Under the pieces are notes generated by a model, which had not been told where the DNA came from, did no database searches, and worked only from the letters and a program-made list of their open reading frames with translations. Made by a program: the position numbers and the translations under genes. 64,000 bases of DNA from a virus (Duplodnaviria > Heunggongvirae > Uroviricota > Caudoviricetes), in the IMG/VR virus record IMGVR_UViG_647533160_000003; one strand, 5' to 3'. Below, in pieces: positions 10,232-19,552 of this stretch. How positions within the stretch are numbered: the stretch's first letter is position 1; every line of letters starts with the position of its first letter.

Positions 10232-10260
10232 AGCCCCGCCATCCTTACGGGGCTTTTTTG
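10232..10260 (+). terminator. Rho-independent terminator
   Basis: agccccgcc-atcctta-cggggct + TTTTTT. Confidence 0.8.
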
Positions 10261-10323
10261 TATTGTAAGTACATACCTACGGCTATAAAATATAAAAATA
10301 ACCAAGACACTACGGAGAGTGAA

Positions 10324-10719
10324 ATGACCGTTAAACGCGAAAAACTGACAGTTGATGTTTACTATGCCTCTGAAACCGCCGAAGGTAAGAATGTGGCAAA
10401 AATCACCGTTGTTACGTACAACACCGAAACTGGTGCCGAAGTCCAGGCCAGTACGATCGTGCGTAAAGGTGATGCCTCCGGCGGCGAGTACGCGACTCAA
10501 TACCAGTCTATTTTCGATGCAACTGACCCGCTGCTGCTGAAAATCGAGAACTACTTCCGCCAGGTTGATGAAGAGGTGTTTGAAACCATGATGAATATGG
10601 TTAACACCGTATTCGCCTCCAGCCTGAATACCAACACTACCTGGATTGGTCAGTACGGCCTGCGCATTACCTCCGGCATTCCTGCTGACACCTTAATTCC
10701 TGAAAGCGTATTCGCTTAA
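10324..10719 (+). CDS. Hypothetical protein
   Basis: ATG 10324 with GGAGAG RBS; 131-aa ORF. Confidence 0.55.
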   Translation: MTVKREKLTVDVYYASETAEGKNVAKITVVTYNTETGAEVQASTIVRKGDASGGEYATQYQSIFDATDPLLLKIENYFRQVDEEVFETMMNMVNTVFASSLNTNTTWIGQYGLRITSGIPADTLIPESVFA

Positions 10720-10814
10720 TCCTCTTTGAATGGCGCGTAAACCGCGCCATTTCCTATGCCCGATAACAATTTGTTTTCTGCCTTTATCTCGCTGCGATAA
10801 TTACACCAACAAGA

Positions 10815-10827
10815 AAACAACATGTTT
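10815..10827. promoter_or_regulatory. 13-bp palindrome family (site 5)
   Basis: aaacaacatgttt; preceded by cgataattacaccaacaag. Confidence 0.55.
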
Positions 10828-10840
10828 ACGCAGTGAGGAT

Positions 10841-11128
10841 ATGCTCATGACTGATTTCACCATTACCCCTAAAGCACAAAATGTATTTCTTGAATCATGG
10901 CTGGACTTGCCGGAAACAGAACAGCAAGAAATGGATCATGTGGATTATGACGAGCAGGTAAGCACGCGATTCTTCCACTTTGAGGGATGCGTTTACGACA
11001 TTGCCGACTTCATGCGAGATGACCGCTTCCCTGAATGGCACGCAAGCTATCCACTAAACGCCTTCGCCATGCTGATGATCCGTGTGGATGATTCAGGGGA
11101 TACCATCGACATCGGTCTGCTCCACTGA
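10841..11128 (+). CDS. Hypothetical acidic protein
   Basis: ATG shortly after palindrome 10815-10827; ORF in-frame with track ORF 10730. Confidence 0.5.
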   Translation: MLMTDFTITPKAQNVFLESWLDLPETEQQEMDHVDYDEQVSTRFFHFEGCVYDIADFMRDDRFPEWHASYPLNAFAMLMIRVDDSGDTIDIGLLH

Positions 11129-11299
11129 AGAATAAGGTCACCAATGCTGGTGGCCTTAAATGACCATCCTGTTTCCCTCAGGCTAAAAACACCAACCTCT
11201 TACCTCCAGGCAACCGACAAACCCACCTGTTCCCGTCCGGCCACCGCAACTTTCCACTTTGACGCCTTATTCGTACAACGATAATTAACACCAACAAGA

Positions 11300-11312
11300 A
11301 AACAATTTGTTA
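11300..11312. promoter_or_regulatory. 13-bp palindrome family (site 6)
   Basis: aaacaatttgtta; preceded by cgataattaacaccaacaag. Confidence 0.55.
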
Positions 11313-11332
11313 TTTACGATAAGGAATTAATC

Positions 11333-11815
11333 ATGAATTTTATCGCTACTGTAAACGCACCCGCACATGGCAATATCGCTGTAACGTTCTCTGACATTGA
11401 AAAACGAGTACTTGGTGCATGGCGCGACAATGAGACGGTAGAACTGTCAGCACAAGAAAAATGCATTATTGCACGCGACATCATTGGCAATCGTCGTTAC
11501 TCGCGGGTATTTGAGAAAGCGTATGTGGTAAATTCTGGATTCGGAACGTTCGTCTTTCCGGTGCGCTCCGGGCGATTCTGCCAGTCCAAGCTGATTGAGT
11601 TCGCTACGCAGATTTCTGTCTGGATTAAAACTCAATCGTCGTTCAAATTTTCCGACGATGAAGCAGTATCGCAGGGGATGCGGATCGCCAACAATGCAAT
11701 TAAATGCAAAAACATTACGTATACCGCTGGCGTTGATACATGGAAACTGTTTTGCGCTAACTTTATGCTGAATGTATACGCAAGCAACCGCATCCACATC
11801 CTTGATGGCGTGTAA
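11333..11815 (+). CDS. Hypothetical protein (160 aa)
   Basis: ATG 21 nt after palindrome 11300-11312, AAGGA RBS; followed by hairpin 11825-11846. Confidence 0.55.
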   Translation: MNFIATVNAPAHGNIAVTFSDIEKRVLGAWRDNETVELSAQEKCIIARDIIGNRRYSRVFEKAYVVNSGFGTFVFPVRSGRFCQSKLIEFATQISVWIKTQSSFKFSDDEAVSQGMRIANNAIKCKNITYTAGVDTWKLFCANFMLNVYASNRIHILDGV

Positions 11816-11824
11816 CTGAGAAGA

Positions 11825-11846
11825 GGGCCAGAAACGGCCCTTTCTC
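11825..11846 (+). terminator. Terminator hairpin after early gene cluster
   Basis: gggccagaaacggccc + TTTCTCT. Confidence 0.55.
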
Positions 11847-11869
11847 TATAGCCACCAGCTGCCGCAGGG

Positions 11870-11950
11870 AAATTTTCAGAAACGGCGAGGAACGTATTCA
11901 TGAGCCGACGGGAAACGGCTAGGATTTTTTCGGGAAACGGCTACATTTGC
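11870..11950. repeat. Second cluster of GGGAAACGGCT iteron-like repeats
   Basis: cagaaacggcgagg, gggaaacggctagg, gggaaacggctaca. Confidence 0.6.
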
Positions 11951-12067
11951 CTTTATGTAGAAAAACATCGGGAAGTTGGTTGAATCCAACCAGCGGTTGT
12001 CGGACAGGCGAGCGGGGAAATCATGATGACTTTCGTCGCCTGAGACATCCAGATTTCTTTCGTAGCG

Positions 12068-12109
12068 TAATCACATACGTGATTAAGTGGTGTGATTATG
12101 TGAAAAATC
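12068..12109. promoter_or_regulatory. Pair of inverted repeats with GTGATT/AATCAC half-sites (operator-like)
   Basis: aatcacatacgtgatt and gtgattatgtgaaaaatcac. Confidence 0.45.
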
Positions 12110-12429
12110 ACGCGCACATAATACGCGAGCGGATACGGAACAAAACAAAATGCCGATCCGCGCCGACAAATAAACGCGGATCACATAGCAAGACTAAAAG
12201 CCAATGATTAACTATGCGCTATAGCGCAATATAACGCGTTTTAAGCGCGTTAATGCGTTAAGTAATGGGTATGTACTGGCAAGGATATAAAAGCGCGTCT
12301 ATGGCGTTATTTTGGCGCTTATTGTTATGTTGTTGGAGTGAGTTAAAGACAATAAAAAACGCGCCAATGATGGCGCGTTATGGTGGAAGTATTGGAAACG
12401 AAAAAAGCGCCCATAGTGGGCGCTCGATT

Positions 12430-12660
12430 TTATTTATGTAAACTGATTTCAAATCCCATTTCTACAAACGCTTTTAACATTAAAAAAATATCAGCGTCGT
12501 TCACGTCTGCTTTTTTTCGCTCCTGGTCGCTCAATAAGTCAATTTTGCGCGTCGTTTCATCTATAAGCTCGACCGCGCGCCCAGCGTAACCAGCGATCCC
12601 AGCGATGCGATTAACATAATATTCATTATGGACGTTAACGCCAGCGATAAGAACAAACAT
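12430..12660 (-). CDS. Hypothetical small protein (76 aa)
   Basis: Minus-strand ORF in AT-rich cassette; flanked by repeated hairpin. Confidence 0.4.
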   Translation of the reverse strand: MFVLIAGVNVHNEYYVNRIAGIAGYAGRAVELIDETTRKIDLLSDQERKKADVNDADIFLMLKAFVEMGFEISLHK

Positions 12661-12681
12661 GATTAAGCTCCTTAAAAAAAA

Positions 12682-12930
12682 TTAAATAGAATTTTGAAGT
12701 TTTCCGATTAATGCGCTTAAACGTAAGTATTCACGTTTGCGCTTGCAATCTCGCTTGCTGTTAAGCAAATCAGAAAACGTAAAATTTAATTGGTCGCGTT
12801 GCGCGATCAAATCATCGATTAATTCCAGTTTATAAGCGCGATACTTTGCGCGATATTCTGCGCGGATCTTGTCATAGCTGACCATCTTTAAAGCTCCTTT
12901 AAAGCGCCCACTATGGGCGCTTAATTCCAT
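12682..12930 (-). CDS. Hypothetical small protein (82 aa), basic, possibly nucleic-acid binding
   Basis: Minus-strand ORF; Lys/Arg-rich; flanked by repeated hairpins. Confidence 0.4.
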   Translation of the reverse strand: MELSAHSGRFKGALKMVSYDKIRAEYRAKYRAYKLELIDDLIAQRDQLNFTFSDLLNSKRDCKRKREYLRLSALIGKLQNSI

Positions 12931-12933
12931 TAA

Positions 12934-13584
12934 TTACGCTTTGAAAGCGTCAGCTAGATAATTGTAGAAATCATTTTTAATGAAGCGATATTGCTGAGTA
13001 CCAGCTTTTGCGCTCCCAGCTCCTTTGACTTTCTCAACAAGTCCGAGACGTTCGCAAAGATTGATCAACTGGTTGGCTTGAGTATAGCCAGCGTCCAATT
13101 TAATTTCGCACGCTTTTTTAGCTTCATTCATTAAATCGAAAACAGCGCCATTAGTGAACGTGTCGATCTCGTCGTTAATCATATCGATTAAAGCGAATAC
13201 ACGAGATCCTGACATATCAGCGACGGAATAAACGCATTTACCAGCTTTAATGGATTTAACCAGATAAACCAGTTTTTCCAGTGAATAACTATTAGTCATT
13301 GCATCACGGAAAAATACTTCTGGCGCTTGTTTGCTTGCTTTAATCGCATAGTAGAAAACAGAGCATAATTTTTCGTCTTCTACTGCGTTTACGACGTTGT
13401 TGATGAAGTAAGCAAGTTTAGTGGTCGCAGCTTGCATATTTGCTTTGTCTGCTTTAGTGTGCGTACCATTTTTATAATGTTCGTTATATGTTTGAGTTGC
13501 CAGATCTGCTTTTTCGCGCAGCTCGTCGGATACAATGGAAGCAGCTTCAATGATGGTTTTTTTAGAAATGATAATGTTAGCCAT
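12934..13584 (-). CDS. Hypothetical protein (216 aa)
   Basis: Minus-strand ORF with AT-rich upstream region 13590-13840. Confidence 0.5.
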   Translation of the reverse strand: MANIIISKKTIIEAASIVSDELREKADLATQTYNEHYKNGTHTKADKANMQAATTKLAYFINNVVNAVEDEKLCSVFYYAIKASKQAPEVFFRDAMTNSYSLEKLVYLVKSIKAGKCVYSVADMSGSRVFALIDMINDEIDTFTNGAVFDLMNEAKKACEIKLDAGYTQANQLINLCERLGLVEKVKGAGSAKAGTQQYRFIKNDFYNYLADAFKA

Positions 13585-13846
13585 GATTTTATTCCTTAGT
13601 ATAAATATTAAAATTTAACTCAAGAAAGAAAGTGTTTTGCATTCGTTCCTGATGCGTTCAATTATCGATGCGCGAAAAAAGATTGCAAGTGTTTTTTTAA
13701 AATTTTTTGCAGGGATGAAAGTCCTAGAAATAAAAGCTAGATCGTCGAAGGTGTTCCCTAAATAAATAATAAATTCCGGCTTTTGACCTTATATATTTAT
13801 ACGGGGGAGAATTGAATGAGTGTTAAACGAATGGCATGTAAAATAA

Positions 13847-13866
13847 TAACCGGACTTAGCCGGTTA
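13847..13866 (-). terminator. Terminator hairpin for minus-strand operon 13882-15503
   Basis: taaccggacttagccggtta; T-run on minus strand. Confidence 0.55.
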
Positions 13867-13881
13867 TTACCCTTATAGAAA

Positions 13882-14403
13882 TTAAAACGGAAGGATTCGT
13901 TCAACCCAATCGAAGAAAATAAGTATTTTTCTACCGTCTTCCAACTTAAGTGTGACTAGACAGGCGTCAACGCCATCTGACTTTCCCTCAATTTCGCGAC
14001 CGTCTGCCATGTAGACCCTTATAGATTTGCCGTTTTGGTAAGCCTGACGACATATCTTAAAAAAGTCACGACGTGATGGCTGATTAACCATCTGTTCATT
14101 GTTTAGCGTTAGTCGACCTGTGAATGAAGTGTCAACCTCTTCTATGCCCGACTCAATTGTGCTAATGCGCTCAAGAGGGAGCCTTATACGATTTGTGTTG
14201 CTAAGCGGATCTGGTGTGAGGTTCAGCTTATTTCTTGCGCTCAATAGCCCGTAGACATACATGCAAAACACTTGGCCGTCTTCGAGAGTGACTCTTACAG
14301 GAAATTGAGCACTCCGCCAGAAGAGCAAGGTGCGTTCAGCATGTTCGTAGTTTCGCGGCCATACTTCAGCCGGTATGCCGTAGGTGATGTCCAATGTTCT
14401 CAT
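13882..14403 (-). CDS. Hypothetical protein (173 aa)
   Basis: Minus-strand ORF overlapping upstream gene by 4 nt (operon). Confidence 0.5.
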   Translation of the reverse strand: MRTLDITYGIPAEVWPRNYEHAERTLLFWRSAQFPVRVTLEDGQVFCMYVYGLLSARNKLNLTPDPLSNTNRIRLPLERISTIESGIEEVDTSFTGRLTLNNEQMVNQPSRRDFFKICRQAYQNGKSIRVYMADGREIEGKSDGVDACLVTLKLEDGRKILIFFDWVERILPF

Positions 14404-15014
14404 TCTGATACTCTTAGAGGTGTTTTCAGCAATCCAAATTTAAATTCTTTGTTACCAACGACCAAGAAGGGGACTTCAACATAGATTTTTTTATCGACGG
14501 ATTTAGAGTTCGCTGTTTTCTTGATGTCGCGAACGATACGTTTTGTTGTGTTTTCATCAATAAACAATACCTTCCCACTGGTATTCCCTTCAGTCTTAGC
14601 ATAAGTGACAATAGGTTCTTCATTGCCAACTCTGATGTTCACTTGGCAACCCGTTGTAGCCATTTCATCACAATAGAGTGTACCGTCTTGAATTTCTAAA
14701 ACAATTCCAGATGGCTTCATGGCCTCGTTAGAGCTTACATTAGCGTTTTCTGGTACTGCGGTCCCGTTAATTTGCAACCGTAATCTTTCTTTTCCTGCAT
14801 GAAGTATTGTTTCTTCTGCGTTATCTGAGAATCTATACCAGACTGGTTGAATCAGACCTCGTGATTTGTATTTTAGTACGTCTTCAGAAGTATACATGCT
14901 GTACGTTTTTTGCATGTCAGAGACGAAATCTGATAATGCGTTGGCGGAAAACGCCGGGAGGCATATACAAGCAAGGAGTAACGAAAGTTTCATTTTCATA
15001 TCATGATAAACCAA
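14400..15014 (-). CDS. Secreted/periplasmic hypothetical protein with signal peptide (probable start at 14999, MKMKLSLLLACICLPAFSANA)
   Basis: N-terminal hydrophobic signal sequence with A-x-A cleavage-like site; tightly packed in 3-gene operon. Confidence 0.55.
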   Translation of the reverse strand: MVYHDMKMKLSLLLACICLPAFSANALSDFVSDMQKTYSMYTSEDVLKYKSRGLIQPVWYRFSDNAEETILHAGKERLRLQINGTAVPENANVSSNEAMKPSGIVLEIQDGTLYCDEMATTGCQVNIRVGNEEPIVTYAKTEGNTSGKVLFIDENTTKRIVRDIKKTANSKSVDKKIYVEVPFLVVGNKEFKFGLLKTPLRVSE

Positions 15015-15503
15015 TTATTTAACATCACACTTTCTAAGTTTTTCTATTTGTTCTAATTTTTCATGATCATCATTTAGATTTCCTTTGACTATCTCCGTTT
15101 CAAGTTTGCTGATTAGCATGTTAAGTGCGTTGTAGTTATTGCATTTTACTTTGTAGGCGTAGTATGACCTTGTCCCTGGTTTTTGTACGCCCATATCATT
15201 AAAGTTAGAGCTTAAAGTATAACCTTCAAGTTCAACCCCTTTTATTGTTGGAAGAATTATATTTAATGGTTCTAATTTAAATGGGTAGATATAAATATGT
15301 GATATGAAGTACTCTTCTGAAGAGATTTTCTTCATGTCTTTTGTGATTGAAACTGAATATTTACAGTCCCGAGTGATATAAAATTTTGTACATTTGTACG
15401 GCACTAAGTTGAATAGATAATATTTGTCTTTAAAAAGAACATCTTTTCCATGTGATATTTTATGTCGTAAAGAGTTAATTATTTTGTTTATAGAAATACT
15501 CAT
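15015..15503 (-). CDS. Hypothetical protein (162 aa), very AT-rich codon usage
   Basis: Minus-strand ORF; K/I/N/Y-rich; first gene of 3-gene operon. Confidence 0.45.
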   Translation of the reverse strand: MSISINKIINSLRHKISHGKDVLFKDKYYLFNLVPYKCTKFYITRDCKYSVSITKDMKKISSEEYFISHIYIYPFKLEPLNIILPTIKGVELEGYTLSSNFNDMGVQKPGTRSYYAYKVKCNNYNALNMLISKLETEIVKGNLNDDHEKLEQIEKLRKCDVK

Positions 15504-15648
15504 CTACAGTATCCGACCTTAGTTATCAATTGAAAAGCCTACAAATATCGTTCAGCCAATCAAGAAATTTTTTCAGCCGGAGGTGTGTACTTCAAAAAAT
15601 GTGATGAATGTCACATGCAGGTGCTCTCATACACCTGCATGTAGACTA

Positions 15649-16248
15649 TTAATCATTCAATAATCTATATTTTCTTTTGATTAAATCTTCACCTTTTTTG
15701 GTGAACACAAAACCAAATTGCGATTTTTTGTTTAGACGAAGGACTCTGTTATCCAACGCATCGGTTGATGGAATCAATGTTTGATCATCTATCCAATTAA
15801 GTAGCGTAAGAAAGTTCAGCAGCCTCAACGTTGTTGTGCGAAGCTCTTTCGATATATTTTCAATGCTGGCAATTCGTCTTTCTTTTTTCTCAGGTGGTAC
15901 AGATAATTGTTCTTGAGGTTTCGTGGATAGATAATCAATTTCGTTTGCTGCATCGAATGATATGTGTGGCGTAATTTTGCTAAAAAAGCCTTTCGCTGAC
16001 TCACTTGATAATAAACCAGACCTATTCATATCGTTTGTTATTCTGTACAGGAGTGGACTGTGTTTCATTTCAGGATAACGTTGATAAAAGTTAAGCAATT
16101 CAAAAGCAGCATTAGCGCCAACAAGAAAATCAGAAGGATCGCTGACTTTCCAGAAAGAATGATTTTTCTTAGCGCCAGTGGTGTCAACAAATGATAATTC
16201 TTTTAACCAACTCATGATGTGCTCCTTTCTAACAAGTGAGCACATCAT
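15649..16248 (-). CDS. Hypothetical protein (probable start 16215, MSWLKEL...)
   Basis: Minus-strand ORF; hairpin terminator at 15618-15645 downstream. Confidence 0.45.
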   Translation of the reverse strand: MMCSLVRKEHIMSWLKELSFVDTTGAKKNHSFWKVSDPSDFLVGANAAFELLNFYQRYPEMKHSPLLYRITNDMNRSGLLSSESAKGFFSKITPHISFDAANEIDYLSTKPQEQLSVPPEKKERRIASIENISKELRTTTLRLLNFLTLLNWIDDQTLIPSTDALDNRVLRLNKKSQFGFVFTKKGEDLIKRKYRLLND

Positions 16249-16280
16249 AGAATTAGTAGATAGGGGGTAAATATGAAATG

Positions 16281-16559
16281 TTACGGCAACCTGCTCAGTA
16301 TTTCCTCTAAATCTTTTTTTGTCATATTGGAGTTTTCATAGATGCGCATGATTTTCTCACGCGTCTTAGCGGAAACCCCAACGGCAGATGTGACTTTGTC
16401 AAATTCAGCCATAGTCATCGTCTCCAGAATGGCATTGATAACTTCAGCCTTAGACATCTTGATTTTTTTCTCTTTGAGTTTTATTTGAAATTTTCCAAGT
16501 TTTTCATTGGCCTTATCAGACAATGCCACTTGGCAATAAGTTGTTTTTTTTTCGCTCAT
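16281..16559 (-). CDS. Small hypothetical protein (92 aa), possible DNA-binding regulator
   Basis: ORF immediately downstream of the helicase gene; Lys-rich; weak RHH-like pattern (inference). Confidence 0.4.
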   Translation of the reverse strand: MSEKKTTYCQVALSDKANEKLGKFQIKLKEKKIKMSKAEVINAILETMTMAEFDKVTSAVGVSAKTREKIMRIYENSNMTKKDLEEILSRLP

Positions 16560-16561
16560 AA

Positions 16562-18121
16562 CTAATCTCGTTTCAGAATTCCAAAATCGAATGCGCCATC
16601 AATAGGCAATACACCTTCCGCAAAGCCAGGTGTGGTGTCGATGATGTGTTTTCGCTCATAAGAGTGAGACAACAGGTATTTGTTGCTAGTGTCAATGAAA
16701 TCAGTGATAAAACACACGTTTGCCTGATTCTTCTTGGCTCGTAAGCCACGACCGACACGCTGCCTCATTTCAACTTCTGCTTTCCCACCACCAGCAAGAA
16801 TGACCGCACCAACGCTTGGCACATCAACACCGACATCCAGAATAGTCGAGCCTATTAAAACATCTATTTCTCCAGACGCTAAACTGTTCAGCTTTGCTTG
16901 CCTTGTCGCCTGGTTAGATTCCCCATAGATGAAGTCAACTCTAAGGCCTGACTCCTTCATCATCTCCATCAGGATTTGCCCGTGGCGTTTAAGACGAACT
17001 AGAGTCATACAATTGAGAGAATGTTGCTTATAGAGCAATGCTTCGCGAACAATGGCCTCATTACGTCCCAAATTATACACGATCCCCAACTGATAAGCCT
17101 TTTGGTAGGCAGTGCTCATACCTACTCTAAAATTGAGATGTTTATTGGCAAGTTCTGCCTTGATTCTGACCTCGTCTGGCTTGTAGGCAACTTTATGATA
17201 AAGGAAGTACGGTTTTGCCAGAATGCCTCGATCAATCAGGTACTTTTCTGTGACTTTAATTTCAATTCGCCCGGCCACAGCCATCAGACGCATGTTGGCT
17301 TCTGTAGAATCCTTCATGAACGGCGTGGCCGTAAGCGCCAGACGATAGTCTGCGTTCACACATAATCTGGCAATTTCATAGAAATTAGAACCTGAAGACT
17401 CATGCGCCTCTTCCAGAATAAGCAGAGACACACTTGAAAGGAAGCGTTTCACCAAGTCCCGACGTTTGAGGTGGTAGCTCTTCTTATCTGGAGTTGCATC
17501 GCGTGGTGGTTCTTCAAGGAAACTTGCCAGAGTTTGAACTGTAGCGACGTTGATATGTCGTGATACCTGGAACTCACCCGAGCCAATGACTCCAACCTTT
17601 TGGTCTTTTAACCACGGTTCGCCATTTTTGGCGCGGTAGTCGATGGATCTCTGGAAGTTTTCAGCCATTTGAAACATCAGAACAGAGCGGGTTGTTAAAA
17701 ATAATGTCATTCGACCGATACGTGCAGCTGCTTTGCAGGCAACGTTAGATTTCCCACCACCAGTAGCGATCTGGGCAATCATCATTCCCTCTCGAACTAG
17801 TGTTTCCACAGTCTGATCCTGATACGCATAATCAGGATTGTATGGGAATGGGTTAACCGCCGGATTTGGTTTACCAAGCGCCGGGGCTTTGTCTTTGCGG
17901 ATATGAACACATTTGATGCCCGCCTTGTTCAAGTTCGCCGCTACAGGCTTGGCAAAGCCAGCAGGGAACGAGTTTTTACTCCAGTTGAACATCGTGCTTG
18001 TGCCCTTCCAGTCGCCAGTCTCGACTTCGTAGCTCAACATTTGCTGCACCAGTTGCTTTACCTTGTCATCTGCGCCAGAAATAAGCGCATTTACTGCGTT
18101 AGATACAATCCGAACAGTCAT
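16562..18121 (-). CDS. Superfamily-2 DEAD/DEAH-box helicase
   Basis: Walker A 'IATGGGKS', DEAH-like 'LILEEAHE', motif III 'LALTATP', C-terminal helicase domain motifs (QRVGRGLR). Confidence 0.8.
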   Translation of the reverse strand: MTVRIVSNAVNALISGADDKVKQLVQQMLSYEVETGDWKGTSTMFNWSKNSFPAGFAKPVAANLNKAGIKCVHIRKDKAPALGKPNPAVNPFPYNPDYAYQDQTVETLVREGMMIAQIATGGGKSNVACKAAARIGRMTLFLTTRSVLMFQMAENFQRSIDYRAKNGEPWLKDQKVGVIGSGEFQVSRHINVATVQTLASFLEEPPRDATPDKKSYHLKRRDLVKRFLSSVSLLILEEAHESSGSNFYEIARLCVNADYRLALTATPFMKDSTEANMRLMAVAGRIEIKVTEKYLIDRGILAKPYFLYHKVAYKPDEVRIKAELANKHLNFRVGMSTAYQKAYQLGIVYNLGRNEAIVREALLYKQHSLNCMTLVRLKRHGQILMEMMKESGLRVDFIYGESNQATRQAKLNSLASGEIDVLIGSTILDVGVDVPSVGAVILAGGGKAEVEMRQRVGRGLRAKKNQANVCFITDFIDTSNKYLLSHSYERKHIIDTTPGFAEGVLPIDGAFDFGILKRD

Positions 18122-18203
18122 AAACCTCTTTCCTTAGTGCCTTTTGTATGTTATTTGGCTATTATAATAAGTAAGTGATTACTTAGCGGATTGTAGCAAT
18201 AAA

Positions 18204-18884
18204 ATGGATGTAAAAATCACGATTTTGCAGGTTGATGTTGCCAACCTTCGCCCGAATACCTGGAACACCAATTCGGTTGGTGCGCAGAATTTTGAAAAAC
18301 TGAAAGGTTCTATCGAAAAATTGGGCTTTTTTAAGCCAATTTTGGCTCGTGAACTTGAAGATGGATTTTTTGAAATCCTCGGCGGCGAACATCGCTGGCG
18401 TGCCGCTATTGAGCAAGGAATTTCAACGGTTCCAGTGCTTTCTGTGGGCAAAATTAGCGATGTCGTAGCTAAACAGATGTCACTGGTGGACAACGAGCGA
18501 TACGGTGAAGACGACCAAATCGCATTGCAACGCTTCATTGAAGAAATTCAGTCAGAACTTGACTATCAACTGTCTGAAATCGCCCCGTATGACGACGAAA
18601 TCTCGATGGTTTTAGCAAAAGAGGCGGCAATCGACCTTGAAGCACTGGAGGCGTTGTCTCGTGGTAGTGATGAGCCTGTCGATACCGACAAACGAGAGAA
18701 AACCGAACGTGTGGGTGCGGAACATCAGACCATGCGCTTCAAAGTAACTTTCGATGCGTCAGATCGTGTTGCAGAAACCATAAAAAACATCATCAAAGAG
18801 CAGGCTATTAACACCGGTAATGAAATGGAGAACGCTGGTGAGGCTCTGGTGTGGCTGGTCGACTACTACAAGGAGCGTATGTAA
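18204..18884 (+). CDS. ParB/Srx-like nuclease-domain protein
   Basis: N-terminal ParB-type motif 'EILGGEHRWRAA'; acidic C-terminus. Confidence 0.65.
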   Translation: MDVKITILQVDVANLRPNTWNTNSVGAQNFEKLKGSIEKLGFFKPILARELEDGFFEILGGEHRWRAAIEQGISTVPVLSVGKISDVVAKQMSLVDNERYGEDDQIALQRFIEEIQSELDYQLSEIAPYDDEISMVLAKEAAIDLEALEALSRGSDEPVDTDKREKTERVGAEHQTMRFKVTFDASDRVAETIKNIIKEQAINTGNEMENAGEALVWLVDYYKERM

Positions 18885-19552
18885 TGACCAAAAAGTTTGA
18901 AATCGTATATCGCGACCCGGCAGATCTTATTCCCTATGAGATGAATGCCAAAAAGCATGATGAACAGCAGATCCGAGATCTGGCCGCAGCCATTAAAAAG
19001 CGTGGATTTGACCAGCCAATTACGGTCGATAAGAACGACGTAATTATTACTGGCCACGGCCGCCGTGAGGCTGCAATTTTTGCTGGACTTGAGCGCGTAC
19101 CGGTTATTGTTCGCGATGATCTCAGTGATGACGAGGTTCGTGCGAAGCGCCTTGAAGATAACCGACTTGCCAGCATTGATTACGATGCAATTAAGCTACA
19201 GAAAGAGCTTGAGTCGCTTGTTCTGGACGATATCGAGGTTTTCGGCTTTGAAGAGCGTGAGTTGAATGTTCTCGTTGGCAGTATGACAGAAGAAATGGAC
19301 ACCGATTCGCTAGTTATCGATCTTGGCGAAGAAACTAAACGACAGAAGGATGAACACACCGAGATCAGTCGTGAAGTTGCAGCGGAAGAAGTACGTGTTG
19401 TCGACGTATTGGGCTTTAAAACGCTCCCTGCTGGCTCTGCCATTGTTGTTGGTGATTTGCTTGCCCACATGGAAGAAATGACGGGAGAAAGCGGGGTAGA
19501 CGCATTTGTGGCATATGCGGAGAAGATCTCTTCCGGGGAGATGGCTGCATGA
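18884..19552 (+). CDS. Second ParB/Srx-like nuclease-domain protein
   Basis: ATG overlapping upstream stop (TAATG); motif 'IITGHGRREAA'. Confidence 0.65.
   Translation: MTKKFEIVYRDPADLIPYEMNAKKHDEQQIRDLAAAIKKRGFDQPITVDKNDVIITGHGRREAAIFAGLERVPVIVRDDLSDDEVRAKRLEDNRLASIDYDAIKLQKELESLVLDDIEVFGFEERELNVLVGSMTEEMDTDSLVIDLGEETKRQKDEHTEISREVAAEEVRVVDVLGFKTLPAGSAIVVGDLLAHMEEMTGESGVDAFVAYAEKISSGEMAA

Noticed and set aside
11947-12207. 86-aa ORF in the noncoding hub
   Set aside because: Arg/Cys/His-rich product, overlaps inverted repeats and iterons; no RBS.
16562-18121. Helicase as part of a restriction-modification or defence system
   Set aside because: No adjacent methyltransferase or nuclease motifs; motifs fit a generic SF2 replication/recombination helicase, so no defence role is claimed.
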